Shown here: piece by piece, positions 49,534-64,000 of the stretch | Numbering within the stretch: the first letter of the stretch is position 1 | Layout of the letters: every line of letters starts with the position of its first letter | Assembly (NCBI RefSeq): GCF_001194135.2 | Contig: NC_068994.1 | Location: forward strand, 12,647,078-12,711,077 | Source of the DNA: Octopus bimaculoides | Taxonomy: Eukaryota | Reading direction: 5' to 3' | Length of the DNA: 64,000 bases | Notes under the pieces: generated by a model | Databases searched by the model: none | The model's input: only the letters and a program-made list of their open reading frames with translations | What the model was told of the DNA's origin: nothing | Program-made: the position numbers and the translations under genes

Positions 49534-50149
49534 AAGGTAACACTGCAACATTTAAACATTTTACAATGATTTCCAACAACACCACCAACAACAACAACAA
49601 CAATAATAAAAAAACCTAAAATAACAAAAAACAACGCAATTCGCACCTAACACTTCCAGACACTTATTTGTCTTCTGCATATTAAAAATCATCTCATGTC
49701 TTTTTAAGAGGATATTTAGTGTTGTTTTTATTTTCATTTGTCTTGTTTGTTTTTTTTTGTTTGTTTTTTTTGTTTCCCCCCTACTCTGCAAGGTTTAGGT
49801 ATTTATGTAATTGACTATTGCAAATGTTGTTCAAAGTTCCAATCTTTGGCTAAAGTCAATTGTGTTCTGTCTCAGAGCCAACTTACACATCACTTTATTT
49901 ACTTAAGCCCGTCACTCCCTTGAGGAGTATAAGCCATTAATAACTTTTCTCCACTGTTTTTGAATCAGGGCTGTCTTTTCTCTCCCTTTTCCTGTTGGAT
50001 CCCTGCTTTTCTTTTCAGATTTTGCTGCATCACATCATGTTTCCTTGAGGGGAAAGACTTCCTCTCCTGGATCTTATTGATTTTTGAATTATCATCAATG
50101 CTTCTGTAACTTAGGTTTTTCTTCAAGGTAGAGGTGTTGGTCCTATGCA

Positions 50150-50285
50150 AACTTGGCCTCTAGCCTTTAACCTGTCCAGCATGGGAGGCCTTCCCAGGAA
50201 CTTGTGCTCTGCTAGCATAGCTCTCAGGGCCAGTAAGGCCCACTACACTGCAACAAGAACTGGCCCTTGTGATGGCAACCGTATA
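50150..50285 (-). mobile_element. RTE-like LINE 5' region relic
   Basis: Minus strand gtgggccttactggccctgagagctatgctagc..aaggcctcccatgctggacaggttaaagg resembles RTE 5' regions as recalled. Confidence 0.35.
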
Positions 50286-53200
50286 TAATACATGCCTATA
50301 TCATTGTCTATCTGTAAAAATGAGAATATCCATGCACAAAGAGAAATACTTGTTCCAATAATTTAATTTCAATAAACACGTTTTGTAAAAATATTAAATA
50401 AAAATAGGTTAGTAAACAACCTTATCCATGTTGGGATGGGAAAATTACAAATGGAAAAAAAATTTTTTATGGGGTGAAGGTGTGAGGAAATTACCAGTGG
50501 AGAGAAACTTTTTTTGTATAAAGAGTGAAAATGTGTGGCCTAGTGATTAGGATGTTGGGCTCATGATTGCTGGGTTGAAAGTTTAATTCTCAGACCAGGT
50601 GGCACACTGTGTGCCTAAGCAGGGCACTTCGTATCACATTGCTCCAATCCATTCAGTTGAATATGTGTAGCTGTGATATCTGTAGAGTTAACCCTATGAT
50701 AGACTGGCTTCCCATCCAGGGGTTTATTTCAGTCAGTCAGATCCCTTGAAACCAGATAAGGTCCAGCTTCATGAGCCTGGAGGCTCGATACAGGCTTTTT
50801 CTGCGTAGAGTTGTCATAAATGATACAGTTAAATTACCTATGTTATTGAACTTCTGACAATGATCATGATTTTTCAAACCTCACCCATTGACTAACATTT
50901 CCGTTTTTTTCATTTTGTTTAAAATCTCTGGCTTTCCATGTTAACATGGTTTTGAGAGGAGTAAATTTTGAGCTAACATTGTTGACAACCCTTAATTGTT
51001 TTTCAAGTAAGGGACTCTTGTTTTTTATTCTTTTTCATTCCAGAGGAATCTCAAAAGCACAGAGTTAGCAGATGATTTGTTGACAGGAAATGTCAACAAA
51101 CTGCACTGATTGCAGGCCAATCACAAACAGTAAGATTGAACTTTAAGCCACATGGTTGAGATGCAGACTTCTCAACCACACACCTATGTTATTAATATAT
51201 TATTTCCAAGGGGCAGTGGATAATGGAGTCGGTCCAGTGCTACATATAATAATACCTGATGGTATTTTTCTTTCTTCATTCTTATGTCATCAGGTCAACA
51301 AACAATCTCTGATGATTTAGTTTACAAATCCCATGTGCTTGTCACAAAATTTTCTTATGAGAACACAGAGGTGGTTTCTTAATGCCTTTCTTTGAGTACT
51401 TTCTTACAAGACACCATCTTGTTGACTAGATATAAACAAGTTTGCCACTCATGCAGGAGCAATCGGGACAAAATACCAAATACTGCCAAGCATTTTTTTG
51501 CCCGATTCTGGACTGGTACTCTAATTTATTTATTAAACCCAAATGGATGAAAAACAAAATTAAAGTCAGCTGGGTTTGAACTTGGGAAGTAAAGAACCTG
51601 AGTAGATATTTTTTTGGTGTTTTGTCTGACACCCTAACAATTTTGCCAATTTGTGGTATTAATGGTATATTAGTCGCACCCATCTGTGCTCTAGATTCAA
51701 ATCTGACTTTGATTGTGGCATTTCATCTCTCTGGGCATCAATAAAATGAATACTGACCAAATACGTACTAACCAAATATTTAACCTTTCAATATTTAAAC
51801 TGGTCAAGGTGGTGAGCTTGCAGAATTGTTAGCACGGTGGGCAGAATGCTTAGTGGCATTTTATCTGTCCTGAAGTTCTAAGTTCAAATTCTACCAAGGT
51901 TGACTTTGCCTTTCATCCCCTTCAGGGTTGGTAAAATAAGTACCAGTTGAGCACTGGATTCCATGTAATCGACTTACCCCATCCCTTGGAATTGCTGGCC
52001 TTGTGCCAAAATTTGAAGTCAGTATTTAAACTGGTCCCTACCTGTTTTATGTACAAATTGGCCAGATCTGGCCACTCACATCTTCCCTCCAGTGTCCTTC
52101 TAAAAACGAAATCACATCATCGAAATCTTGCAGCTGAGATAATGTACAATTAATTCAAAACAGCGTGAATAAATAAGCATTATGTTCAACAGATTAATCA
52201 GAATGCTGAAGGATTAAAGCATAGAGGGTTATCAGTCTAATTAACTATATACCCTAATAATGTGATCGTATGTGTTTTTTTAGAAATCGTCATTATTGTA
52301 CCATTTTTCATAAGGAGAATTCAGCTGCTGTTAACCTTTGTTGATGCTGTTCTCCTACATTTCCAGTGTATACCACAGTCTAAAACCCATATAAAATCCT
52401 AAGCAATACCTGTAAAAGATTTGTTATATTTTGTTTTGTTTTTTCATCCATGTTTCTAATTTTATTTTCTCTTTTCATCCACTGACATCAGTTCAGGTGG
52501 TAGACCCTACTTTACTTGACATTAAGTGATTGAGAAATAGTGCCCCTCAATCTTACCCCTGTACACACACACACACACATGCTCAAATCAGTGATGGAAC
52601 TGCCAGATGGTCACTAGACCTACAAGAAATAACAACCAAGTCCCCATCAAGTGGTACCCTTGTTATCTTGAAAAAAAAAAGACTATAATAAAATAATCAA
52701 TGTTACTATTCACTAGATTAGATTCCCCTCAAATCTGTTTTGTTCAGTGCTGAGCATCTGACAAACATTAAGGTAACATTTGGTAATGATAGTTCTACAA
52801 ATCATTCTGATTTTGTCCTGATTTTGATAAATGAAGGTGCCACACAGTGGGACTGAACCCGGAACCATGTGGTTGGGAAGCAAGCTTTTTACCACACAGC
52901 CATGCCTATGTATCTTTTACATGTTTCAGTCATTGGGGCTATAACCTTGCTGGGATGATACCCTGAAGGGTTTTAGTTGAACAAATCAACCTCAGTACAT
53001 ATTTAAGCCTGGTACTTAGTTTATCAGATTCTTTTGCCAAACTGCCAAGTTATCATCATCATCATTGTTTAATATCCGCCTTCCATCACAGTTTGACAGG
53101 AGCCGGCCAGGTAGAAAACTACTCCAGGCTTCTGTGTCTGTTTTGGGATGGTTTTTACAACTGGTTGCCCTTCCTAATGCCAACCACTCTGTAGAGTGGA

Positions 53201-56200
53201 CTGAGTGTTCTTTATGTGGCACCAGCACAGGTGAGGTCAGTTTTGGCATGGTTTTTACTGCTGGATGCCCTTCCAAATGCCAACCACTTCACAGTATGAA
53301 CTGGATGCTTTTATGTGGCACCAGCACCGGCAGGTTCACCAAATAAATTAGAAGACAAGGAATTTTAGAGATGGGAGGGGGTATTGGAAGAAGTAATCTT
53401 GTGTCTGATGATGGAAGGTTAGTGTGACAGAAACAAGTGTCTTTGTAGAGGAGATGTAAACAAACCAACACTGATTGTCAAGTGGTGGTTGCAGGCAAAC
53501 AGACACACACACACACACACACACACTGATAGATAGATACATACATACATGTAAATGTGTGTATGTACATAATATGTGACTGGCTACTTTCAGTATCTGT
53601 CTACCAAATCCACTCACAAGGTTTTGGTTGACCCAGGACTACAGTAGAAGACACTTGCCCAATGTACCATGCAGTGGGACCAAACCCAAGATCACATGGT
53701 TGAGAAGCAAGGTTCTTCAACACACAGCCATAATTGTTTTTGTTTACAGTCTCTTGTAAGCAATAACAAAGAGACCCATAGTTTGAGCATTCAGTGTTTG
53801 AAAACCATTGGAAAGAAAAATAGAATAAATCACACAAAGAGCATCCAGCTGTAGAAAATAGAAAATCTTCAAGTTTCAGCTAACCCATGCCAGTATGATA
53901 AAAGGCACAAAAACCAAACCCACGATGAATTGTGTGTAAAGAGGTGGGATAGCACTAAAGGTAAAGATCCCCTTTCAGTCATGAATGGCCATCGGAGTGC
54001 ACCTAGAAAGTTACCCTCCGAGGCACAAGTCTAGGCAAGGTTGTTTACAGAAGACCAGCAGTCGCCCATGTATACTAGCCTCCTGTCTCCGTGCCACCAA
54101 TATTGTCCAAGGGAAGGGCAAAGGCTGATATAGCTTGGCACCAGTGATGCCGCAACCCATTTCAACATCTGAGTGAACTGGAGCAATATAAAATAAAGTG
54201 CTTTGCTTAAGAGCACAACACACAGCCTGTTCCAGGAATTGAACTCCCTACTTTATGATTGTGAGCTCAATGCTCTAACTACTGAGCAATGTGCCTTCAT
54301 GGAAGAACAAATAATAAAAACAAACCAGCTGTCAAAACACTTGATCCCCATCTTCAGGCCCACAATCCAAAAGGCAAAACTGCTAGCTTGGAATAGTAGG
54401 TGTTATTCATGAAGAATAAGTGATTAAACACAGCCAATGTTGAAGACAATAAGAACCAAGAAGAATTCATTTCTTATTTCAGATTTAATAAATCCTAAAC
54501 ATGAAATTAATGTAAAATGTGTTATTGTTATTGATGCAGATTGGAGGGTGATGAGCTGGCAAAATCATTAATGCATTGGGCAAAATGCACAGCAGCTTTC
54601 CTTCTGACTCTTTTATGGTCTGAGTTCAATTCCCACTGAGGTCAGTTTTGCTTTTCTTCTTTTGAAGGTCAATAAAATGTAGTAGTAGTGGTAGTAGTCA
54701 AGTACTTGGATTGATGTAATTGACTTACCCCCCCCCCCCACACACTTTTAAAATTGCTGGCCTTGTGCTGACATTTTAAATGGTTATTAACCTAAATTGG
54801 CAGAATTGTCTTAGCACGAGACAAAATACCTCATGGTATTTAGTCATAACTCTTAATGTTCTGAAATCAAATCCCACTGAGATCAGTTTTCTCTTTCCTC
54901 TTTCTGCAATTAGAATAAAAGTACCAGTCAAATACTGGAGTCACTCTAATTGACTGTTCCCTTCCCTTCAGATTGCTTATGTTTAAGACCGGCAAGCTGG
55001 CAGAATCATTAGCATGCTGGGTAAAATGCTTAGTGGCATTTCATTCATCGATACATTCTGGGTTCAAATTTTGCCGAGGTTGACTTCGCCTTTCATCCTT
55101 TCAAGGTCAATTAAATAAGTACCAGTGGAGCACTGGGGTTGATGTAATCAACTAGCCCCCTCCTTCAAATTTCAAGCCTTGTGCCTATAGTAGGAAGGAT
55201 TATTATTATTGTGAAATTACTGCACCAGACAAAAAGCTTAGCAGCATATCATCTGGCACTTTAGGTTTTGAGTTTAAATTCTGCTAAGGTTGCCTAACAT
55301 AAACATTGGCAGAAAACTCTTTGATGTAACAATCACCAACTATAATAATGCACTTGCAATGAGTGGGTATAATAAGATTTATTAGACATTTAAACATCTG
55401 CTGCCACACTAACAAGAATAGATAAAGAGAAATCGTCTGGTTTACTTTCTCACTTCTTGTGAAATGTTAAATCTAACATAGCTAAAATGACAGTTCAAAA
55501 CCAACAAAACCTGGGAGAGGAAGGCCTTCCCGAAGGGAAACATGCTGTAGTGTAACAAAATTTGAAAGGTAGATGAAAACTTAAGAAGTATGTTGGAAAG
55601 TTACCAATAGCCTACGCTCTAGGAAGCAATAGACTAAAGGGAGGATAGTATACCTACGAGTTGAAAGGGTTAAGGCTTGAAAAGAGAAGAAACTGGAGGG
55701 CAATGAACTTTAATTAAGTAGGTAGGTAGAAGAAAGAGAAGCTAGATGTTGGATCTATGTAAAACAGAAGCTGAAAGGCAAGAGGCTTGGAATTGTCTGT
55801 AGCAAAAAGGATCAAAGAAGTAAGATATTTGATTTTGCAAAGCACTGTCTCTGTGAATTCAAAACTTCATTGATGGAGAAATATCTACAGAATTGTAGCA
55901 CTGTGGTGCATTTGCTATTTAATGAAGGCCACATATCAAAAATAATTTTTTCTTCTAAATCTAGTCATCATCATCATCATTGTTTAACGTCCGCTTTCCG
56001 TGCTAGCATGGGTTGGACGATTTGACTGAGGACTGGTGAAACCAGATGGCTACACCAGGCTCCAATCTGGTTTGGCAGAGTTTCTACAGCTGGATGCCCT
56101 TCCTAACGCCAACCACTCCGAGAGTGTAGTGGGTGCTTTTATGTGCCACCGGCACGAAGGCCAGTCAGGCGGTACTGGCAATGGCCATGCTCGAAATTAT

Positions 56201-57829
56201 TTTATAAAAAGCAAAGTGCAAGTTAACCTGCGTTATATTTTTAAAAGAAAAAAAACTTTGAATTTCTGTTATGGAAAAGAATTATTACTTTAACACTTTT
56301 GTTACCATATTTCTAGTGATGGCGCATTGCATAGTGGTTAGGGTATTTGGCTTATGATCATGAGGTTGTGAGTTCGATTCCCAGTGGTATATCGTGTCTT
56401 TGAGCAAGATCCTCTATTTCATGTTGCTCCAGTCCACTCAGCTGGCAAAAATGAGTAGTACTTGTATTTCAAAGGGGCAGTACTGTCACATTCCATGTCA
56501 TGCTGGATCACCCTGAGAACTACATTAAGAGTATGCATGTCTGTGGAGTCCTCGGCCACTTGCACATTAATTTCATGAGCAAGCTGTTGATCAAATCAAC
56601 TGAAATCCTTGTCATCATAACCGACTGCCATATTTCTGACCAAATACTTGGTCATTGTTTCAATTAATTTTGAAAGTAATGAAGAATTTAGTTAAAAAAA
56701 AAATGTCATTATTAAGCTGGTGTAAGGTAGCAAGCTGGCAGGATCATTAACATACCAGACAAAATGCTAAGTAATATTTTGTCCATCTTTACATTCTGAG
56801 TTCAAATTCCATTGAGGTCAACTTTGCCTTTTATCCTTTCAGAGTTGATAGATTAAGTACCAGTGAAACACTGGGGTCAATGTAATCGACTAGTCCCCTC
56901 CCACAAAATTTCTGGCCTTATGCCTTGAGTAGAAAGGATTATTAAACTGGTGTCAGGAACATAAAGGAACATAAACTAGCACAAAACTTATGATGGACGA
57001 TTTTAATTTAGATCTCTTTAGAACAGGAAGTTTATATCATAGTCCCAGGGTGGTCTCAGATAGGTTGGTATTAAAGATGTGAAATAAGGAAAACACTTAT
57101 GGCCCCTGAGATACTTACTGAGGGTTTAGAAGAATTTCTAATATTGCAATAACTTTATGTGATCATCAAGAAGAAAGCTTGCAATAATATCTTCATGTGT
57201 TTCCTGCAGTTTGTGCAGATATGGAACTCGTTTATGGCCCTTGAGTCTTTGGCATTTGTCAGTGGAACCGAAAATGGCTTCAACATGTTGCAGAATCAGT
57301 TGCCAAAAGATGTGCATGAACTACCTTGCCCCATGATGCAGTGAACTCAATAGAAGCTAGCTTTAACTCCTCCTGGGTGAATGCCGTTACAAGACAAGAA
57401 AAAAAAACAGCAGTTTTTAGGGAAAGATGGTTGGTCAGTTATATCAACCCCAGTACTTGACTGGGACTTTATGTTATCGATCTCTTCCCCCAGTCTGGAG
57501 GAACGAAAAGCAAAATTGATCTCAGTGTCATCAGAGCTCAGTGTAAGGAGCTGGAACAAATATTACAAGGCAGTTTTTTCCCTGCTGTTCCATCGATCCT
57601 TCCATTCAGTTATTCCCTGCTGTTCCATTGATCCTTCCATTCAGTTATTCCTCTAAATGAAGTAACGAAGAGGAGCTGGAAATGGTTGGGTCTTGTGCTT
57701 CAGTCCCATCTTGAAGGCTTGCGAGCTAATATGTCAATTTAGGTAAAATGGTCAGTCCAAGGGAAGAGGAAAGCGCAGCTGGACAGAGGATGAAGCGAGC
57801 AGAGAATAGGTAAAGGCTGACGAGAATAC

Positions 57830-58330
57830 ATCAGCAGCACCATTGTCACCACTACCACCGACAACACTAATGCTAACAGTTCCGTCGCCACCTTTATTAC
57901 ACATCACTGTCGTTATCATCAAGCTCAACTCTGTCTTTGAAACCTCTACAGCTGTGACGTCACAACATATTCTGTTGCGTCAGATGGTGGTGAGCTCTGT
58001 CATCACCGTCGCCGTCACTATCATCTCTACCGTTTGTAGACGCCGGCAACAACACCGCCACCACCACCACCACCACCATCAGTGCTACCGGCATCATTAT
58101 CGCCGTCGTCTCCGTCACCACCACCATCATTTTGTTACGTTCATCATCATCATCACCATCACTATTGCCGCCTCCTCTACCGTATTACCGTCTCACTAGC
58201 ACCACCACCACCACCGTGACTATCGCAGTGAGAATCAACCATCGCCGCTGCCGCCGCCGCTACCGCCATTACCACTACATGAACAAACAGTAAACATCTC
58301 TGCCGCCGTCGCCTCCACCACATAAACAGT
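57830..58330. repeat. Compound (CAC/CAT/CGC) trinucleotide tract
   Basis: Read directly from the sequence; it explains the poly-His ORF. Confidence 0.85.
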
Positions 58331-58382
58331 TAACATCCTTGTTTTCGCCGTCTCCACCAAGCACGCTTTTATCACAGACAGA

Positions 58383-58420
<38 letters not shown>

Positions 58421-59057
58421 CTCTCTGTATTTCATAGATTAAGCAGCACCTCAATCAGTCAAGCACAGCTCTTTTCGTTCCCTGCAGCAAAACTTACGAT
58501 TAACAAAACCAACGGAATGTGTTTAACATAGACACATATATACACACACATTTATTATATATACAATATTGTTAATATATATATATATACATGTGCTGTT
58601 TCTTTTTTCGAACAAACCGATACTCAATTTGCCGAAATATCTAAGAGAGAAAAAAAAATTACTTTCTTTCTACATTGCTTTCAACAACTTATATTATATA
58701 TATGAATATATATATACACCAACTTATATATATATACCAACTTGACTGTCATCTTCGTTGACCGGATTAAGGAGCGGTTTTTTAGTATATGTTTGTACTA
58801 TTTTACATACATCAGTATTTCTACAAATTGTTTATATTCTTGTTATATATATATAGATATATATATACATACATACACCTCTCTCTCTATATGCCCGTAG
58901 GCCCCACACACGCTGTTATATGTTGCTAACATCATATACACAAAACATATTTATTTGATATAAACAAACGTAATTGCATTCACGGTCGTTCATAAACATC
59001 TACTGGTAATACCTACGCACACAAACAGATTTTTTGATATAGAACTCAAATTTTGGA

Positions 59058-59100
<43 letters not shown>

Positions 59101-61213
59101 CCCACACATATCCATAACATTTAGGTAGACACGGTAAATAAAACATGCTCCACAAGCATAAGTTTTAAAGAGAGATACTATATATATATATATATATATA
59201 TACATATATGGATATATATAGATAGACAGGTAGAGATAGGTAGACAGGACAGAGCAAAAAGCACAGAGGAACCTCGTATATCATCTTCGAAGGTAAGTAA
59301 AGTTTGTTATAATGTATTGTGAATTCTGTTGTGTGGATATATATATATATATGTGTTCATGTTTTGTTACGTATAATTGTTATAGTAAATGTCGAATTCC
59401 TCAAAACCAAGCCCGCCTTAAATCTAATCACGTTTTCACTATGCCCTAGTACCGTGTTTAAATCGCAGGCACACTTTTGGACAAGTTGCTCTGGGGGCCC
59501 TCACGAGTATAAAGGGTCCAGGGCGGAGTTTCGGAATGGCTTTTGTTACTTCGTGAAAAAGGAAAAGAGAACGAAGTTGGGAGGGAAGGATGTAAAAAGA
59601 AAAAAAAAAGTTTAGGGGCATCATTCCATTCTTTCACAGTCGTAATTGCTGTTTGAAACACAAATATTAAAAAATAAAGGAAACAAGCCATTCAATTACT
59701 TGCCCATTTTCCTTCCCCATGAGGTAACAATAGCTTTTCTGAAGCATCGCTAGGACCAGTGCTTATCAATGTTATGTTCTATCTATGCTAATCTATGTCT
59801 GTGGTTTGATGTCAATAAATAAATATTATAGATCCCAAATGCATTGCTTTGTTTGGGGGTTGGTGGTGGTGGTAGTTATACTGCTGTTTAACACGGTTCT
59901 GGATATACGTTAAGTTTTAGTTGGAAAACAAAACATTACACAATAATAAAAAAAGAAATCGATAAGGTAACAAGGAAATATTTTACGCAATCATATAAAG
60001 AATTACGCATCTTTTCCTTCCCCCTGTAATACTATATTTTCAGCTAATCCGATAAAATTTGTCAATAAAATCTAAAAGATACAAAAGCAGTTCTTTTATA
60101 TTTATAAGGGGGAGAAAGAAAATGGGGTTTTTTTTTAGTCACTGAAAGTACATTTGTTGAAGAAAAAAGAAAAATAATTTCCATCCATTCGATTACGTAC
60201 TATTATTTATATAGAAAATATTTTCCAGTCAACAAACTATACTTTAGGATATTTTAACAGGCAAAACTTAAGGCGTCACCGCCATTTCGCTTCCCTTCTA
60301 CGCTCGGGCGCTTCAACAAGGGAACCTCTACGTGGTCATTGCATTTGCTAGAAATGACAGCCAAATCGTCCTCCTATTACATGCTCTGTTTCACAAACGG
60401 ACATGTTGCATATTGTAGTCAAGAGGGACTGTTTGATGATGATAGTTTCACATTTTGGCATAAAGGCAGCAATTTTGAAGGAGGGGATAAGTTGATTAAA
60501 TCGGCCCCGGTGTTCCATGTGGTACTTATTTTTTTCTAGCCCGAAAGTATAAAAAGCAAAGTTGTCCTCGGAAGAATTTGAACGCAAAACGTAAAGACCG
60601 ATGCTATTTCGTTTGGCGTGCTAGCGATTGTCTGCTTGCCACCTATGATGATGGTGATGATAATAATAACAATTTTGGCCCAATGCCAGCAGTTTTAGAG
60701 AAAGGGGTGAGTCGATTATATCTACCCAGTAGTAGACTGGTACTTTATTTTATCGACTAAGTTGACCCTTATCGGGATTTGAACTCAGAACGTTAAGATC
60801 CTGAAGAAATACCGTAAGGCACTTTTGCTGACGTTCCAAGGATTTTGCCAGTCCTTGTCATAATGATTTTTTTAGGCCACAAGGGCATCAGAAAAACTAG
60901 GGGATATTACAAGGACAGCTCACAATTTGTGGTGGGTTTACATAAAAAGATGAGTGCCTGAAAAGGAGACTATATACATAGTATACAAAATATGTGAACA
61001 CCTGGGTCATAATAAAAATATTAACCTGATGGTCCCGGCTAAAATATCTAATCAAAAGTTTGCCTAGTTAGGGCTGACTTGAACTAAACAAGCTTGCACT
61101 GAAAATATCTTATCTTCGCACTCCACCATAAGGAAGCCTCTACGTTGTTGCTCTGTCTGCTGGAAATAGCAGTCAAATCGTTTTAAGTTCCCCCACCTAC
61201 TTCTTTCTTCCCG

Positions 61214-61581
61214 TTATTGACACTCCGTCGCTTACGACGTCGAGGGTTCCAGTTGATCCGATCAACGGAACAGCCTGCTCGTGAAATTAATGTGCAAGTG
61301 GCTGAGCACTCCACAGACGCGTGTACCCTTAACGTAGTTCTCGGAGATATTCAGCGTGACACAGTGTGACAAGGCTGACCCTTTGAATTACAGACACAAC
61401 AGAAACAGGAAGTAATAGTGAGAGAAAGTTGTGGTGGAAGAGTACAGCAGGGTTCGCCACCAACCCCTGCCGGAGCCTCGTGGAGCTTTTAGGTGTTTTC
61501 GCTCAATAAACGCTCACAACGCCCGGTCTGGGAATCGAAACCGCGAGTCTGCTGCCCTAACCACTGGGCCATTGCGCCTCC
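61214..61581 (-). mobile_element. tRNA-derived SINE family D, full length, low divergence
   Basis: Nearly identical to 38572..38945 with CpGs retained. Confidence 0.88.
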
Positions 61582-62575
61582 ACTCCCTTCCCTCCACAGC
61601 CTTAGAAAAGGACACGTTGGTTAATGTGGTCCTGATTGCCCAGCACAGGAAAAAGGTGGGATTGTTACGGCTGAAAATATCCTTGATCATAAGCTCGTCT
61701 CTTTCCGGATTGACTTGAGACAGCAACAACTATCAAGAGATCAATGTTTTTTTCAGTTGATCCAAGTTTCGTTTCGTTGTGGCGTTTATTTCACAGCCGA
61801 GGAGGAACAAACACGAAAGTCACGGAAGAAATCTCCAGTATGTTTGTGTTTTATTTCTCTTATTCACCTCTGGTTTCAGTCATTGGACTGCAGCCATGCT
61901 TGGACACCGCCTTGAAGGGTTTTAGCCGGAAAAAAAAAATCAACCCCTGTACTTATTATTTTGAAGTCTGTTACTTTAATGTATCGGCTTTCTTTTCTTT
62001 GCCGATCTGCCAATACTGGTTGTCAAGTAGTATTGCCCGCGCGCACACATACACATGGTGGGCTTCCATACAGTTTCCGCCTACCAAATTCACTCAGGGC
62101 ATTGCCGGTTCTGTGCTACCGTAAAATACGTTTGTCCTAAGTGCAGCGCAGTGGGATTGATCCCGAAACCATATGGTTGCAAATCAAGCTTCTTAACCAC
62201 ACAGCAGCTTTATTTTAATACATACGACCTATTAGAAATATCGGCCAGATTTCTCCAGATCTCGTCTTATATATAATAGGTTTGTCATGTATTCTACCGT
62301 CTTTGCTTACAGGCAGAGTCCACGTGGAGCTAAACACTTTACACAAATAGTGTTTTTTCAATAATAGACTGCGAACCCATAATCTACATAATCACGACTA
62401 CTTTTACAGAAATCTGGCGAAAGTTCTGTCCTAAAGCATGGCACGCTGGGTAGTTTGCATGGAAGTCACAGGGGCCCCTAAATTTTTGAGTCCACCAGGG
62501 GCCCGATGCTAATTTATTTTGATCTAGAGAATATGGCCACGGGCATATGGCGTAGTGGTTAAAGGCGCGGGCTGT

Positions 62576-63698
62576 TACATAAAAATCTGGAGTCCTGGAT
62601 CTGATGAACTCATTCAACGCACTTTCCGCATCGGTTTGATTTTTGAACTCCTTCTCTCGCAAGAAACCATCAAGGTGCTTGAAAAAGTGGTAGCCGGTAG
62701 GATAAAAGGTCTGGGTAATAAGCTGAGTGGGGAAGAACTTCATAACCAAGTTCCCTCAACTTTTGGAGCGTCATTAGTGAAATGTGTGGTCGAGCATTTC
62801 ATGAAGAATGATTGGCCCTCTTCTGTTGACCAGTCTGGGATGGAGGAGTAGCAGTTTTTCATTTTGGCAATTTCATGGTAATATGTTTCTGCAGTAATGG
62901 TTTTTTGGGGGTTTTAATAAGTTATTGTGGATAAGTCCAACAGCAATATACCACCAAAGAGTCACCATAACCTTTTTGAAGAGCTCGGGTTTAGGGAAGG
63001 TTTTTGGTGCTTCATTTTGGTCCAATCACTGCGAAGAACGTTTTTTATTATTGTACAGAATCCACTTTTCTTCGCAAGTTACAATACGATCGAGAAATGT
63101 ATTAGTCTGGTTACAGAGAAGAAGCGACAAGCAAATTTCATATCTGCGCATTTTCTGATTTTCATTCAAATCGTGTGGTACCCATTTATCGAACATGCAA
63201 ATGGTTGCAGGCAGTTTTCTGGCTAACTTAAAGTTCTTTTGCCAGTTCTCGAGTGGTTTCACGTAAATCTTTCTCAATGACGGTCTTTAATTGACCGTCA
63301 TCGATGACAGATAGGCGCCCACTACGCTCGCGATCTTCAAGGCTCAGGTCTCCATTGCGAAATCGTTTAAACCATTTTCGAGCTGACCACTCACTGGTCA
63401 TTTCCTTACCAAACGTTTCGTTGATATCGCGAGCAGTTTCAGCTGCTTTACGTTCTTTTTTGAAGTTGTATAGCAAAATTGTTCGAATATCGCGCTTTGA
63501 CAGTTCCATTTCAGATGATTAACAACGGTGACAAAATATCAATGTTAATTTATTGATGCATTTGAGCAAGTATATATGTCTGTATTATAAGACAATTGCA
63601 AAAAAAAAAAAATGTTTAAAATAATTCGAACCTCTGCAAAAATCCGATACAAATTCTTCATGGTTCAAAACGTTGTTTACTTTTTTAAATCAACCTGA
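62576..63698 (-). mobile_element. Defective mariner transposon with frameshifted transposase, one TIR and a truncated 3' end
   Basis: ATG at 63509: HTH region (..WFKRFRNGDLSLEDRERSGR..), then WVPHDL, RIVTCEEKW, a broken H(D)NARPH and AYYPDL..PTGYHFF across frameshifts. TIR TA|TCAGGTTGATTTAAAAAAGT at 63700..63680. Confidence 0.9.
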
Positions 63699-64000
63699 TA
63701 CATAGAAAAATACAAAATAACAAAACAAAAGAAAAAAAACGGAGCACACTCGGCTGGAACGCCTTCAATAATGGTTTCAAATTTTAGTACACGGTTAGCA
63801 ATTTTAGAGAGAGGAGTTTAATCGATTATATCAACCCCACTGCTCAACTGATACTTGTTTTGTCGACCCAGAAGGAATGTAAAGTTGACCTCGTACTTGG
63901 TCAGTCAGGTTTCACTTTAGAGTGAACAACAATCTGAAAGAAAACCGAGTTGATAAATACAGCAGCTAAACCTCTCTCGCATCATACTCCTATCGAATTC

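Noticed and set aside
55370-55860. Possible CR1/L2-like LINE 3' relic on the minus strand
   Set aside because: Similarity too faint to call without an HMM search.
62576-63698. Active or domesticated (SETMAR-like) mariner
   Set aside because: Frameshifts, the first catalytic Asp reads E (TCEEKW), the third reads G (PTGYH), the second TIR is missing and there is no fused domain.

Overview
AT-rich, repeat-dense animal genomic DNA from a gapped short-read-type scaffold with nine N runs. The repeat landscape suggests a coleoid cephalopod, most likely Octopus (inference). Most of the window is one + strand gene, a YLPM1 (ZAP3) orthologue, whose first exon(s) lie upstream. I traced 17 GT-AG exons from 2979 to the TAG at 49531-49533. 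All phases join; the total is 4839 nt (1612 codons plus stop). The product has a Gln/Pro-rich start, long Gly/RG- and Pro-rich low-complexity regions, DYAH/DYGH motifs, an RD-rich tract, a P-loop nucleoside-kinase-like domain ([12 protein letters not shown]), a KKRVRW PP1-docking motif and the ALNRTKYI end. Introns hold several SINE-like families, MITEs, LINE relics and microsatellites, and a dead mariner lies at the right end. Most notable observations: a Tigger/pogo-like MITE carrying a 28S rRNA fragment; a 24-nt candidate neural microexon; a probable extra exon of [10 protein letters not shown] repeats; a perfect intronic inverted copy of coding sequence; a minimal hammerhead-ribozyme-like motif; a ~275-nt fold-back; and a CpG-rich antisense promoter-like island. 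No database searches were run; family names come from recalled motifs.
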